This document shows, piece by piece, positions 1 through 9,696 of a stretch of 24,689 nucleotides of DNA. The DNA comes from a virus (lineage: Duplodnaviria; Caudoviricetes): positions 1 through 24,689 of the IMG/VR virus record IMGVR_UViG_3300010048_000039; one strand, given 5' to 3'. Below the pieces are notes generated by a model that was given only the letters and a program-made list of their open reading frames with translations, did no database searches and was not told the DNA's origin. Made by a program: the position numbers and the translations under genes. Numbering within the stretch: the first letter of the stretch is position 1; the number at the start of each line of letters is the position of its first letter.

Positions 1-678
1 CGAAGCATCATTGCATTTCAGCTCGACGCCGCCCATCGAAGCGGTGGCGCCATCGACAAACAGGTTATTGACAATCCAGCCCTGGGTATTGAGCGCAGCC
101 GCCCCGTTGGTGTCAGACAGGATTGCCCACTGCGTCATACCCCGCACATGCAGGTTATCCAGCGTGCCCTGCTGTGCACCGACCACAGAAATACCGACTG
201 TGGCCGTCGCATTGCCGTCCAGCGTCAGGTTACGCACGCTATTGTAATAGGTCGCCGCTGACGGCGCGAAGGAAATCATCGGCGAGGCACCGCCGCCCCA
301 CAGCAACCGGCACGCCGATGCCGTGCCCACCGTGGTGCCGCCCATGCAGCGCAAACCGACGCCTGATGCGGTGATGTTCAACGTTGCAGTAATCTTGCAC
401 GTCTTGCCAGCCGGAACATTTACCATCGCTTGCAACGGTGCGGCGGCGTTGATGGCGTTCTGAATAGCGGTGGTGTCATCCGTTGTGCCGTCGCAAACAG
501 CGCCGTAATCGAGCACGGACATACCGAAATCTGCCGCGCGATCACTCAACAAGCGTGGTGTGGTGCTACCCGTTGCCGTGCTGACACTGCTATTAAGATT
601 CAACACTGGTGCTGGTGGATTAGGCGACTGTGCCCCGAGCGCTACGCTGGCGACAACAAGCCAGGTCAAGCGACGCAT
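1..678 (-). CDS. Pectate-lyase-3-like beta-helix tailspike/depolymerase, 3' end truncated by window edge
   Basis: Not in the ORF track. My translation from ATG 678, with GGAGG 6 nt upstream, is open to position 1: MRRLTWLVVASVALGAQSPNPP...SVLDYGAVCDGTTDDTTAIQNAINAA...VNVPAGKTCKI. This matches the typical Pectate_lyase_3 N-terminal motif. Confidence 0.8.
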   Translation of the reverse strand, partial: MRRLTWLVVASVALGAQSPNPPAPVLNLNSSVSTATGSTTPRLLSDRAADFGMSVLDYGAVCDGTTDDTTAIQNAINAAAPLQAMVNVPAGKTCKITATLNITASGVGLRCMGGTTVGTASACRLLWGGGASPMISFAPSAATYYNSVRNLTLDGNATATVGISVVGAQQGTLDNLHVRGMTQWAILSDTNGAAALNTQGWIVNNLFVDGATASMGGVELKCNDAS

Positions 679-2522
679 AGCACGCCTCCGTTATTCCAGA
701 CGGTGCCGACAGGTAAGCCGGATACACTAGTCGGCAAACTCGATAGAATAAGTTGCCCATTAACAATCATTGCCGTGCCATTAGTCGTCAAGCTTGGTCC
801 GGTCGTAGTGCCTACGTAAACACGTGGCGCCACCAATGCATTTTCAGTCGATGAGAACGTAGGCGTGTTATAGACGCCATTGGATACCGAATTGCCAACC
901 AGCACAGGTGTGCCGCTGCCGGTATAGATACCGGGCGTCGCGCCGTAGGTGGTGCCGGATACACGGTTGCCGCTGATCGTGGCGTTAGTGGCCTCGATGC
1001 GGATCACACCGGCATTGGAACCAGTAGTGGCCGGGTCTAGCACATTATTGCTGGTAATCACAAAGTCAGTCGGCGTGCCGCTGTTACGCGTGTAAGCAGT
1101 GATAACCTCAGTGCCGCCGACGCACGCCTCGAACGTATTGCCGGTGACCACTACGCCTCTGGTATCACCACGTAGCGCCAATCGCACGTTGCGGAACACA
1201 TTACCAGACACCACCACGTCACGCACCGATGTGCCCGTGCCGAGCGGTTCCAGTTGGATCGGATTGGTGGCGCTGGCATTGGTGCAGAGGAACTCGTTGT
1301 TCGCCAGCACGAAACCACGCGCTACATTACCGGTGCCACCGCCGCCGGTATTATCCGGGTTCCAGTTGACGAACTGCGCCGAGTTAGCGCTCTCAGCATA
1401 ACAATTTACAACACGCCCATTGACTGGGTTCATCCAGTGATCATACGCGCAATTGACAAATCCATACGCCGTGCAGCCCTGCACATGCGTGTTGTAGCAG
1501 GCCACGCAAGCGGTAGCATTACCATTGCCACGCACTTGGAACGTGCAATTAGTAATGCGAACATTCGTCACATACCATTGCTCCAAACAATGCGAAGCCG
1601 CACTGCCGGTGATCGGGCCATAATCAAACACCAAGTCTTCGAAGCTGATGTCATGATCAGTCAGCGTGCTGGCGTTAAAGTTCTGGTTCTTGATCAACGC
1701 ACCGCCGGGAAATCCTGCTAGTGCCACAAAACCCGTACCCGGTCCACAACCGCGCAACAATGTATTAGACTTTATCAACAACGTGCCGCTGATCGGACAC
1801 AGCTTCGGTACCAACACCGTTGCGCCTGACGACGGCACCGCATTCAGTGCGGCTTGCACACCAGCAGAATAGTCAGTCGCACCAGCCGGAATATAATCCA
1901 GCACGTTGATCACGTCTGCTGCACGATCCTGTGCTGTGCGCGATACACTACCGCTAGTCGCAGTGTAGAATAATCCACCAGTCATTGTGCCGCCAGCTAA
2001 CGGCAAGAATGGCCCAGGCGCACCGGTAGCCGCGTTCAGATTCGCATTGACATTATTCGCATCGATCCACTGCGACGAACTACCGTCATTATAATAGATA
2101 TACAGCAGCGAACCATTCGTATCGAACCACAACGTGCCCGCCTGTGGTGCAGAAGGCGGCGAGTCACCCATGAACACACCAGGATACTGCGGCTGCGACA
2201 CCGTCGCATTAGCAGCGGGCACCCACTGATTGCTATTCGGATCATTGTAACGCACATACAACTGTGTGCCAACACTATCGAACCACAACGTGCCGTTGGT
2301 CGGATTAGCAGGCGGCGTATCACCAATATACACTGGCGAAGCAATCGCCATGCGACTATCGACATACTGCTTAGGCGTCGCCTCCATCGCCTGCTGTGGC
2401 ATTTCGAACAAAATCAGCGGACCCGTCATCGTGTCGCCACTGCGCATGATCCGCGAGCCGAAATCCGTGTTCAACTCATCCGCAGTGAGGACTTCGCCAC
2501 GATAATAATCAGTACCACTCAT
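666..2522 (-). CDS. Tail fibre/tailspike with right-handed beta-helix domain
   Basis: 618 aa. Carries tail-fibre motifs GDTMTGPL..ATPKQYVD and FLPLAGGTMTGGL, two copies of a GDxPP..GTLWFD..LY..YND..QW module, then INVLDY..GVQAALN followed by Asn-ladder beta-helix repeats (VVSGNVF, VVTGNTF, ISGNRV). Confidence 0.85.
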   Translation of the reverse strand: MSGTDYYRGEVLTADELNTDFGSRIMRSGDTMTGPLILFEMPQQAMEATPKQYVDSRMAIASPVYIGDTPPANPTNGTLWFDSVGTQLYVRYNDPNSNQWVPAANATVSQPQYPGVFMGDSPPSAPQAGTLWFDTNGSLLYIYYNDGSSSQWIDANNVNANLNAATGAPGPFLPLAGGTMTGGLFYTATSGSVSRTAQDRAADVINVLDYIPAGATDYSAGVQAALNAVPSSGATVLVPKLCPISGTLLIKSNTLLRGCGPGTGFVALAGFPGGALIKNQNFNASTLTDHDISFEDLVFDYGPITGSAASHCLEQWYVTNVRITNCTFQVRGNGNATACVACYNTHVQGCTAYGFVNCAYDHWMNPVNGRVVNCYAESANSAQFVNWNPDNTGGGGTGNVARGFVLANNEFLCTNASATNPIQLEPLGTGTSVRDVVVSGNVFRNVRLALRGDTRGVVVTGNTFEACVGGTEVITAYTRNSGTPTDFVITSNNVLDPATTGSNAGVIRIEATNATISGNRVSGTTYGATPGIYTGSGTPVLVGNSVSNGVYNTPTFSSTENALVAPRVYVGTTTGPSLTTNGTAMIVNGQLILSSLPTSVSGLPVGTVWNNGGVLCVA

Positions 2523-3235
2523 GCTAGCACTCCCAGCGCAGGATCGTTGAGCGTGAACCAGCCCTGATCTTCGGTCGTGATCATATACACATCGCTTGGG
2601 AAGCGTGGATCAAGCTCAAGCGGCGCCTGCGCGAACTTCGCCTTCATCTGCTTGCGCCGATTAGACGCTAACAACTGAAATCTGTTCACCTGAGAGGGGA
2701 CCGTGCCGTCATCCGTCGCATACATCCAACATGCATCATACATGAGCAGCAGCGGATCGATATACACCGTGTCCGTGTTCAGTAACGGCGTATTATTATG
2801 CTGACGTGCCCACACAACGATAGGACCGGGACTATCCAACGGATAAATCGTGAACGGTCGATGCGGCACACTATAGTTGGGCATCATATACCACGAATTA
2901 TGGCCCCACGTGTGTGCAAACGGATTCACAGATTGCGGCCACTCACGCACCTTACGGTTACGCCCAGGTGCATACACCGCTGCCACGTCACCGTAGTCAT
3001 CTACAGTGCTAATACTGCCCTGCAAATCAGCAGTCAGCGAACCAGTGCTACCATCCAGCGACACCTGCTGATAAAACATGTAGTCGGGCCACCACATCTC
3101 ATGGATTTCCATGTCATACGCATTGCTGACATGCTGCAAGAGACGCGGCGCCGCGTAAATCTGCGTCGCAATACCGGGCACCTGTGATAGCTCAGTGATG
3201 CACCGATTGACGATATCACCAACTACCGCAGGCAT
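2519..3235 (-). CDS. Putative head-tail adaptor / tail tubular protein A-like
   Basis: 238 aa. GGAG RBS upstream, ATGA overlap with the next gene. N-terminal 'DIVNRCITEL' and position after the head genes resemble podovirus adaptors (inference). Confidence 0.55.
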   Translation of the reverse strand: MPAVVGDIVNRCITELSQVPGIATQIYAAPRLLQHVSNAYDMEIHEMWWPDYMFYQQVSLDGSTGSLTADLQGSISTVDDYGDVAAVYAPGRNRKVREWPQSVNPFAHTWGHNSWYMMPNYSVPHRPFTIYPLDSPGPIVVWARQHNNTPLLNTDTVYIDPLLLMYDACWMYATDDGTVPSQVNRFQLLASNRRKQMKAKFAQAPLELDPRFPSDVYMITTEDQGWFTLNDPALGVLA

Positions 3236-3248
3236 CTACATCTCCATA

Positions 3249-3291
3249 GAAAAGGGGGTGCCTATGCGCCGGGTTCAACGCATAGACACCC
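3249..3291 (-). terminator. Probable intrinsic terminator/attenuator after the head genes
   Basis: Minus strand GGGTGTCTATGCG-N10-CGCATAGGCACCC (13-bp stem, one G-U) followed by CCTTTTC. Confidence 0.6.
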
Positions 3292-3317
3292 GACACTGCG
3301 CATCCGGTGGGACGATA

Positions 3318-4004
3318 CTACGCAGTGTACTGCTGAATGCCGTGCAAACCGCCATTATTGCTCGTATTCACATCATTCGCGAAGTCAAACACAGCACTGA
3401 TGATGTTCGTTCCGTTCACCGTGGTTGTCGGCACATACGTTCCACGCGGATCACCGGTCGTAGCGGTCTGCGGATCAGTAAGCACACCAGCAACGAACGT
3501 ACCGACTGCTACGGATACACCGTTACCGACCTCATATTCGCACCGCAATGCCTTATACGGTAGACCCAGTGGTGATCCGCTACCAATGTTCACGGTAATG
3601 CCAACCATCGCGGTCGGGCTGGTCAAGTTGAGGAAGCTTTTGAATGCCTTCTTACCAGCAACCGGCGTAACGCCATTGAGCGTAACGTCCTCACGCATCG
3701 GCTGACCGAGATAATCCCAGCCATACAGCGTAACCGTGCCCGTGCCGCCCGCACCGCTCGCGACATATGTAACCGCGCGGCCATACGTCTCAGGAAACGC
3801 AGCAGCAGTCGATAAATCGATCACCGTATTAGCATTCGCCACACTGCCTGCATTCAGTAACAGCGTAGCATTGTTCGCCTGCGGTGCACCGAAGCTGACA
3901 CGCGTGGGATTCTGGTAGTTCACGTCAGCGCTATACATCATAGCCTTGACGTAGTTGTTAATCCGACGCGGGAAGTTCGTCGGATTGGTCATCACGTTAG
4001 TCAT
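3318..4004 (-). CDS. Virion structural protein (possible head decoration/minor capsid)
   Basis: 228 aa, Gly/Thr/Asn-rich beta-type composition, TATTGDPRGTY motif. Last gene before the terminator of the head cluster. AGGAG RBS. Confidence 0.6.
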   Translation of the reverse strand: MTNVMTNPTNFPRRINNYVKAMMYSADVNYQNPTRVSFGAPQANNATLLLNAGSVANANTVIDLSTAAAFPETYGRAVTYVASGAGGTGTVTLYGWDYLGQPMREDVTLNGVTPVAGKKAFKSFLNLTSPTAMVGITVNIGSGSPLGLPYKALRCEYEVGNGVSVAVGTFVAGVLTDPQTATTGDPRGTYVPTTTVNGTNIISAVFDFANDVNTSNNGGLHGIQQYTA

Positions 4005-4455
4005 ATTTTTCTCCTACCGAACGAAGTTCGCGGATATTTTCGATTACTGCTTCAACCTCTTCTATCGTAACGTCTGGATTATTGTACGATTCCATTGCCA
4101 TATCAAGTTCCTCTGCCTTCAACCGCAGATATGGCTTGACAGTCCGATAGAATATTCGAAGACTATCGCTATTAGTAATTGACCATACGCCAATCGTGCC
4201 ATCTCGCGTACTGTATCCGCGATCATTTCGCACCCTCAGAAACAGTGAGCCTCCAAACAGTTCGTGGAGCCATTTCAGAACGGAACCCCGCTTCTGTCCG
4301 ATACTCACGACAAGACGCACATCAGATACATCTTGTTTCTTGCTCTGCGAAATGTTTAGTGATACTGATCCTTCGCCATCGAAGAATCCAGCGATATAAG
4401 CACGCTCGACTTCGGTAAGTGCTAACACCTTATCCAAGTCGGGCCACTGTTTCAT
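3997..4455 (-). CDS. Free-standing single-motif LAGLIDADG homing endonuclease
   Basis: 152 aa with the LAGLIDADG helix AYIAGFFDGEGSVSL, a VSIGQK strand, LKWLHELFGGS and C-terminal KPYLRLK. Overlaps both neighbouring genes. Confidence 0.88.
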   Translation of the reverse strand: MKQWPDLDKVLALTEVERAYIAGFFDGEGSVSLNISQSKKQDVSDVRLVVSIGQKRGSVLKWLHELFGGSLFLRVRNDRGYSTRDGTIGVWSITNSDSLRIFYRTVKPYLRLKAEELDMAMESYNNPDVTIEEVEAVIENIRELRSVGEKYD

Positions 4456-4859
4456 TCTATACTACCTCCTTCTAGCGTCTCCAATCCGCCCGTCATCCGT
4501 GGTCGATACTTCGCCTTAGTCTTCGCTTCAACCAATTCCTTCGGCGACATTGCAAACTGCGCAGGCACAATCTCGCCGCTGTTCATATCGACAATCGTCG
4601 GCTGCTCGAGCACACCGATGCGCTGCAACTGCTCAGTATCATCCGCAGCAACGAACATCGAATGCCCTTGAGGAAAGTAGATCATATATCCTTCATGAAA
4701 CTCCTCGCGCTTCGGCACTAGCCTACGCGCGATAATCTGCTTATTCTTCAACGGGCCAACGTCACGCACTTCTTCTTCAATGTGCATGACCATGCGATAG
4801 AAGGTGCCAGTCACCTTCTCGCACTGGAACGCGGCCTTGAAGTCAATCGAGCCGCTCAC
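4452..4859 (-). CDS. Hypothetical phage protein (head module)
   Basis: 135 aa, coupled to both neighbours by 4-bp overlaps. Confidence 0.75.
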   Translation of the reverse strand: MSGSIDFKAAFQCEKVTGTFYRMVMHIEEEVRDVGPLKNKQIIARRLVPKREEFHEGYMIYFPQGHSMFVAADDTEQLQRIGVLEQPTIVDMNSGEIVPAQFAMSPKELVEAKTKAKYRPRMTGGLETLEGGSIE

Positions 4860-5095
4860 TTCTTTGTTTCCTTAGTCGCTTGCTGCTGCACATGCGTTTG
4901 CACCTTCTTCACAAGCGCATCGCGTTCAGCTTTCGTAAGCGCGCCTACCAGCGAGAAATCAGTCTGCTCCTCAGACTGCTCTGCTGCTTGCACAACGTGC
5001 GTCACGCGCTGATAAGTATCAACCAGTTGCCGTGCAGCCGCTTGCTCAGGTGTATCGACATGCACGTCAGCAGGCGGTGGTTGTGTTTCACTCAT
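4856..5095 (-). CDS. Hypothetical small protein
   Basis: ATG at 5095 with AGGAG 6 nt upstream (the ORF track starts at TTG 5101). About 79 aa, helical, Gln/Lys-rich. Confidence 0.7.
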   Translation of the reverse strand: MSETQPPPADVHVDTPEQAAARQLVDTYQRVTHVVQAAEQSEEQTDFSLVGALTKAERDALVKKVQTHVQQQATKETKK

Positions 5096-5104
5096 TGCCA
5101 ACTC

Positions 5105-5215
5105 CTATATCGACGTGCAGCGTGGATCAAGATTCGGCATGTGCGGATATTCCTTCGGCAGCACAACAACCGGAACCGTCAGGATCGGAGGCGGCTTATC
5201 CTTTGCATATCGCAT
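5105..5215 (-). CDS. 36-aa small ORF (MRYAKDKPPPILTVPVVVLPKEYPHMPNLDPRCTSI)
   Basis: Not in the ORF track. Fills the gap after the capsid gene exactly. AGGAG, overlapping the capsid TAG, lies 6 nt upstream of ATG 5215. Confidence 0.55.
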   Translation of the reverse strand: MRYAKDKPPPILTVPVVVLPKEYPHMPNLDPRCTSI

Positions 5216-5224
5216 AGCACGCTC

Positions 5225-6193
5225 CTAATTCGTAAGCACAGCATGCGTGCGGTATGCTCTCCAAAGGCACCACTGACCCTGCCACACCACACGGCTGCCG
5301 ACCGCATCGACGTTCCACGGTGCAGTAAGCTCCTTCACCTTCATGTTCACGCCGCGCAGCATATGCAGACGCAGATATGTGTCGTTGATGAAATATGCGA
5401 AGCTGACCGGGCAGTCCTCATCATACAACAACGGAATGCCATTATGCAGGCAGCCCTCGAAGCCAAGATCGAACATACGCTTGCTCGCCTTGCCTTCGCT
5501 AAGTGGGATCGTCATCTTATCACGCACGGCTTGCCGATACATGCGATAGATATTGCGCCCTGCGAGTATCACAGTCGGACGCTCGCCCTTCAACGTCAAA
5601 TCCATCAGCACGTCGTCGAAGACTTCTTCGATGTTGGTGCTATCCATTGCGCCTGCGAAGACGTAGGCGGATGTGCGCCACTGCGGCTGTGCTGCACGAT
5701 TGATTCCACCGAGCGTGCCTTGCGTTGGGTTGGTAGGAATAACGGACCCAAGCCCAAGCGGATCAAGTCCACCGCCGACTGCGTAGAGATATTGTGAAAA
5801 TTTATCCTTGATCGATTCCTCAAGGACATTCATCTTCTCCTTCATCAGCTTGAATATCGCAGCGGGACCATTATTCTCGTCCTGCTCCTGATCACTGATG
5901 ATCACCGTCCCAGCAACGCGACTGTAACCATATTCGACCGTGTCGAACTCATCAGTCTGGTTGACGGGCAGCGGCGTGTAGTAGTTATAGCTCGCGATGT
6001 TCGGGTTGCGACCAACAGTGAGTGGATTGGTGATATTGTATCCACCATCCTCATATTCCACTCGATCATTGGCAAATACCCATGCCATAAGCGCATTCGA
6101 CTTGATACTCGCCAAGACCAGCTTACGCCTGGACTTGGTGAGCGTGCTGTGCAGAACGTCTGCGACAGCCGGGACAATTGTTCCAACAGGCAT
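5225..6193 (-). CDS. Major capsid protein (HK97 fold)
   Basis: 322 aa directly after the scaffold gene. Capsid-like segments (AGTVIISDQEQDENNG, LGLGSVI..GTLGGINRA..WR, GIPLLYDEDCP..AYFIN). GGAG/GAGG RBS. Confidence 0.85.
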   Translation of the reverse strand: MPVGTIVPAVADVLHSTLTKSRRKLVLASIKSNALMAWVFANDRVEYEDGGYNITNPLTVGRNPNIASYNYYTPLPVNQTDEFDTVEYGYSRVAGTVIISDQEQDENNGPAAIFKLMKEKMNVLEESIKDKFSQYLYAVGGGLDPLGLGSVIPTNPTQGTLGGINRAAQPQWRTSAYVFAGAMDSTNIEEVFDDVLMDLTLKGERPTVILAGRNIYRMYRQAVRDKMTIPLSEGKASKRMFDLGFEGCLHNGIPLLYDEDCPVSFAYFINDTYLRLHMLRGVNMKVKELTAPWNVDAVGSRVVWQGQWCLWRAYRTHAVLTN

Positions 6194-6204
6194 CCTCTAC
6201 TCCA

Positions 6205-7233
6205 CTAATTCAGTTGCACACCACTTTCTCGCATCGCGTCACGAATGATATCAGACCACGACGCGTTCTCGTTGAACTGCGACCCAGTAGCGCCGTTCAC
6301 GCGCTGCGTCTGCTGATTAGTCACACTGCGACGACCGGGCAGTGGGCGTTGTTCAATCCTATACGACTCTGGTGGCTGTTGTGAAGTAGTCTGCTGCTGG
6401 CGCAACGCAGCAATTTGCTGCTTAAGTGGTTGCGTCCAGTCAAGCCCGTTCTCATGTGCCCACCGGATCATCTTGGTGTAAGCCTCATGGAGCGGCAAAC
6501 CCGGCTGAGCTTGCAACATTTCTGAAAGCACGTCAAGGTTTTGTGTGCTCTCAGGATTGGCCTCAGTGAAAGCTTGCACATCACGTTCAGCTTGCTGTCT
6601 AAACTGTTGTTGTTGCAGTTCTTGTTGCCGCTGCTGCATGATCGGCTGAAGCTTGCCATCGATCATTCGTGATAGCGCGGACATATCCATGCCCTGCGTC
6701 ACACCGTCAGTCAGGAACGGTATCTGGTAACCTTTGCTTTTCACTTCCTCGACAAGCGATTGCAGTGTTCGCACCGGATCACGCATGAAATCAGCCATCA
6801 CGCGAACCGCGATCAACTGATCCTGCGGCTGCACACCAAGTCGAGCGGCTTCCTGCAACACCTCATTGCTAGAACGCAGAGCATTCTGCATACCAGCAAC
6901 CTGCTGCTTCAGCGCGTTGTTTTCTCGTTGCGTGCGCTGGCTGTCTTCGTATATCCGTCGCTCAATTCCACCTTGCGCGACAACGCGACCGCTAACCGGA
7001 TCAACCAGATCGCGTGTGTTCGGATTCTGCTCATTTGGAACCTCTACGAGACCGTCGTGACGACGGCGCACTTGTTGCCTAGGCTGCGGCTGCTCAGTTG
7101 TCGGCTGCGCAGACGAACGGCCATCGTTACTGCTACCTTGTTCGCTACTATCGCTATCGACACCACCGACATCAGTTGGTCCATCATCAAGATCGGGAAC
7201 CGATCCCAATATGCTGCGTTCCGTATCACTCAT
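6205..7233 (-). CDS. Capsid scaffolding protein
   Basis: 342 aa with an acidic disordered N-terminus, Gln-rich coiled coil and short C-terminal helix (SWSDIIRDAM). Lies between portal and capsid. Confidence 0.7.
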   Translation of the reverse strand: MSDTERSILGSVPDLDDGPTDVGGVDSDSSEQGSSNDGRSSAQPTTEQPQPRQQVRRRHDGLVEVPNEQNPNTRDLVDPVSGRVVAQGGIERRIYEDSQRTQRENNALKQQVAGMQNALRSSNEVLQEAARLGVQPQDQLIAVRVMADFMRDPVRTLQSLVEEVKSKGYQIPFLTDGVTQGMDMSALSRMIDGKLQPIMQQRQQELQQQQFRQQAERDVQAFTEANPESTQNLDVLSEMLQAQPGLPLHEAYTKMIRWAHENGLDWTQPLKQQIAALRQQQTTSQQPPESYRIEQRPLPGRRSVTNQQTQRVNGATGSQFNENASWSDIIRDAMRESGVQLN

Positions 7234-9506
7234 GCTGCTGCTCCTTGGCCCGCTTGGCTAGCGAGCATTTGCTGGAATATCTGCTGCGGCGGCACACCTT
7301 GTGCTAATGCCTGACCAATAGCCTGCAAGACAGGCGGCGGTAGCTTTTGCAGCGCTTGGACGACCATAGCTGCCATTGGCATACCACCACCTGCTTGCGG
7401 CGGCGCACCACCAGCAACGGGAGGAGAACCGCCTGCTGGCACCTGTCCTGGTGCACCACCTTGCTGCGCCTGCGCCATCTGCTGCACTTCTTGCGCGATG
7501 CTGTCCCAATCTTCTTTGCTGATCATAAAGTCATCGAACGCCTTGCTCATCATGTTCAACGACACCTTCAGCGCCGTAGCTGGTGCAGCGCGGACATACT
7601 GCGATAACACCTGCGCAATCTGTATCGCTTCCTGCTTCTTCTGCTGCGTCGTCAGCTTCTGCGTGCTGCCACCAACAATCTGTACGGACATGCGAGCGAA
7701 GTCTCGTAGGTTATCAATCGGTCGCCAGAACGGAGTAACGTCCATGCCACAGATGTCGGTTGCAGTTTGTGCATCCATGAAGCGCAGACATAACTGTGCC
7801 AACTTCCACCCCACGTCACCAAGTGCGTCCTCGATAGCATCGAGTCGCATGTCCATGCGCATATTGCCCATAGTGCTATAATAGTCGATGGCCTTATTAG
7901 TCGTGTTGGTCTTGAACTCACCACCGCGCTCAGCCTCGCTCGTAGCTGCAATACGATCAACAGATTGATACAAATCCTTCTTGTCGAACAACTGTGTGAA
8001 GTTCATGCTCGGCGGCACAAGCGAAAAGATCATATTCTTCGGATCGACACCTTCAGGAACATCCAATGGCGTAGCAGTCGCGTCGGGACCCTTCAATATC
8101 TTGTCGATCGTCTCCTGCGTCAGGCCCGCGTTCTTGTTGTAGAAGATATTGCGCCGCGCCCAATACAACGCGCGCCGCTTCTCATCATTGATCTCATTCA
8201 GTTGGTCTTGTTGATCCAGGTAGTAACTAACTTCACCCTTCGCGTAGAGGGCAATAGGATTATCATGAAACCACATAGGCGTGAGCGGGTAGAAACCCGC
8301 CAACTGATAAGGATCATCCCATACCCAAATCGGCCATTTCCAGTCGTTGTCTGCATACATCTCAAGCCGACGTGTGACTTTATCCCAAACATACCACACC
8401 TTCGTCATACACGCCTTGTCAAACGCCTCCTTAGTCTCGAACCCGTACGCGTTATAATTATTATCAGTCTTCTGGAATAGCGAATACTCCTGATCAGGAT
8501 CACCCGTGCTATCACCGTTGTTCAACACGTGTGTCGGCTCGTAAATGCTAACGGCCTCTTCACTATCTGGCTGCTCGATCGCGAATATCGCGTTGATATA
8601 CATCGTCGGCAGCATATCCTCAATCATCAACCAATTGCAGTCACTTAGCTGCGGATCGCTGCTATTCGGGTCGCGCAGCACCTGATGAGGATACCGCACG
8701 CGCACATACGGACCACTCGGTTGAAGGAACTCTACTTTCTCCTCCAACGCCATCAGCTTGCCTTCTACTTCTCTAATCTCCTCATCATCCTCAGCTTGCT
8801 CAAGCTGCTTCGACAATGCCACCAAATCCTGCATCGCCTGTTCACTGCTCTTATCTTTCTTCGTATAACCAACCTCGAACCACGACATGTTCGTCAGCAG
8901 CGTCATCAGCACATTGCGCTTAGCTTTCTGCTTAATGTTAACACCCGGCGCATCCTTCATCGAGAACAGATTATTAATAAACTTCTCCAACGCATGCGCA
9001 AACGCATCACCGACCTGCTCATCAGTCGGATTAGCACTCGGCTCCGTCGTGACCGACACGATCGGATTCTTTGCATACAACTCAGGAACCTGCGCCGACA
9101 CGTTTGAGAACACGATGTTCTCAGTGCTGCTGAACATTTCATTCAGCCGACGCGCGATATTGCGGTTGCCACTTACCTTGCCCCAACGATTACGGTAGCC
9201 ACTAGATATACCATCGCGGTGATCAGATTGATCGTGATTGTAATAGCGAATAGCCTCATCCCATGCATCGACCAAATCCTGCATTGACTTGATGCTGACA
9301 TCGCGTCGTGATTTCCAAATGCCACCACGTTTGCTGGATACCGGGATACGACTATCCGGCATTGCCTTATATACGGCAGGCTCGGCAGGCGCTTGCAGAC
9401 CAACCCCTGCCTGATCCAGTGCATTCTCCAATGGATCGGTGCTGGTATCCAAGTCCAACTGATCGTCGGACTGGCCAATGTTACTGTCTGGTCGATCGCT
9501 CATCAT
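7230..9506 (-). CDS. Portal protein (long, P22-like size)
   Basis: 758 aa after TerL. Helical, with a Gln/Pro/Gly-rich C-terminal tail and portal-like segments (ENIVFSNVSAQVPELY, QQDQLNEI..KRR). True start may be 9503. Confidence 0.82.
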   Translation of the reverse strand: MMSDRPDSNIGQSDDQLDLDTSTDPLENALDQAGVGLQAPAEPAVYKAMPDSRIPVSSKRGGIWKSRRDVSIKSMQDLVDAWDEAIRYYNHDQSDHRDGISSGYRNRWGKVSGNRNIARRLNEMFSSTENIVFSNVSAQVPELYAKNPIVSVTTEPSANPTDEQVGDAFAHALEKFINNLFSMKDAPGVNIKQKAKRNVLMTLLTNMSWFEVGYTKKDKSSEQAMQDLVALSKQLEQAEDDEEIREVEGKLMALEEKVEFLQPSGPYVRVRYPHQVLRDPNSSDPQLSDCNWLMIEDMLPTMYINAIFAIEQPDSEEAVSIYEPTHVLNNGDSTGDPDQEYSLFQKTDNNYNAYGFETKEAFDKACMTKVWYVWDKVTRRLEMYADNDWKWPIWVWDDPYQLAGFYPLTPMWFHDNPIALYAKGEVSYYLDQQDQLNEINDEKRRALYWARRNIFYNKNAGLTQETIDKILKGPDATATPLDVPEGVDPKNMIFSLVPPSMNFTQLFDKKDLYQSVDRIAATSEAERGGEFKTNTTNKAIDYYSTMGNMRMDMRLDAIEDALGDVGWKLAQLCLRFMDAQTATDICGMDVTPFWRPIDNLRDFARMSVQIVGGSTQKLTTQQKKQEAIQIAQVLSQYVRAAPATALKVSLNMMSKAFDDFMISKEDWDSIAQEVQQMAQAQQGGAPGQVPAGGSPPVAGGAPPQAGGGMPMAAMVVQALQKLPPPVLQAIGQALAQGVPPQQIFQQMLASQAGQGAAA

Positions 9507-9696
9507 ATCCTCGCATCAGCGCATTGGCAAACCACGTAAGAGCCTCGTCCTCTGGCACCGACGGATACATTTTATGAAATGCCTCAGCCCAATCACGTGC
9601 ATCGAACGACGGCAATGGCCAATTCGGATCATCACGCGATGGATTTTTTATCGCCAAATAGTAAGCCAACATACCGTCAGGCTCATCATCCGACAT
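9481..9696 (-). CDS. Small hypothetical protein between TerL and portal
   Basis: 71 aa, TAATG coupling to the TerL stop. The motif FDARDWAEAF...TWFANALMRGYD resembles a recurrent small phage protein family (from recall, unverified). Confidence 0.65.
   Translation of the reverse strand: MSDDEPDGMLAYYLAIKNPSRDDPNWPLPSFDARDWAEAFHKMYPSVPEDEALTWFANALMRGYDERSTRQ

Noticed and set aside
3997-4455. Group I intron or intein hosting the LAGLIDADG ORF
   Set aside because: Both neighbours are complete ORFs overlapping it, there is no non-coding space, and there are no intein terminal residues.
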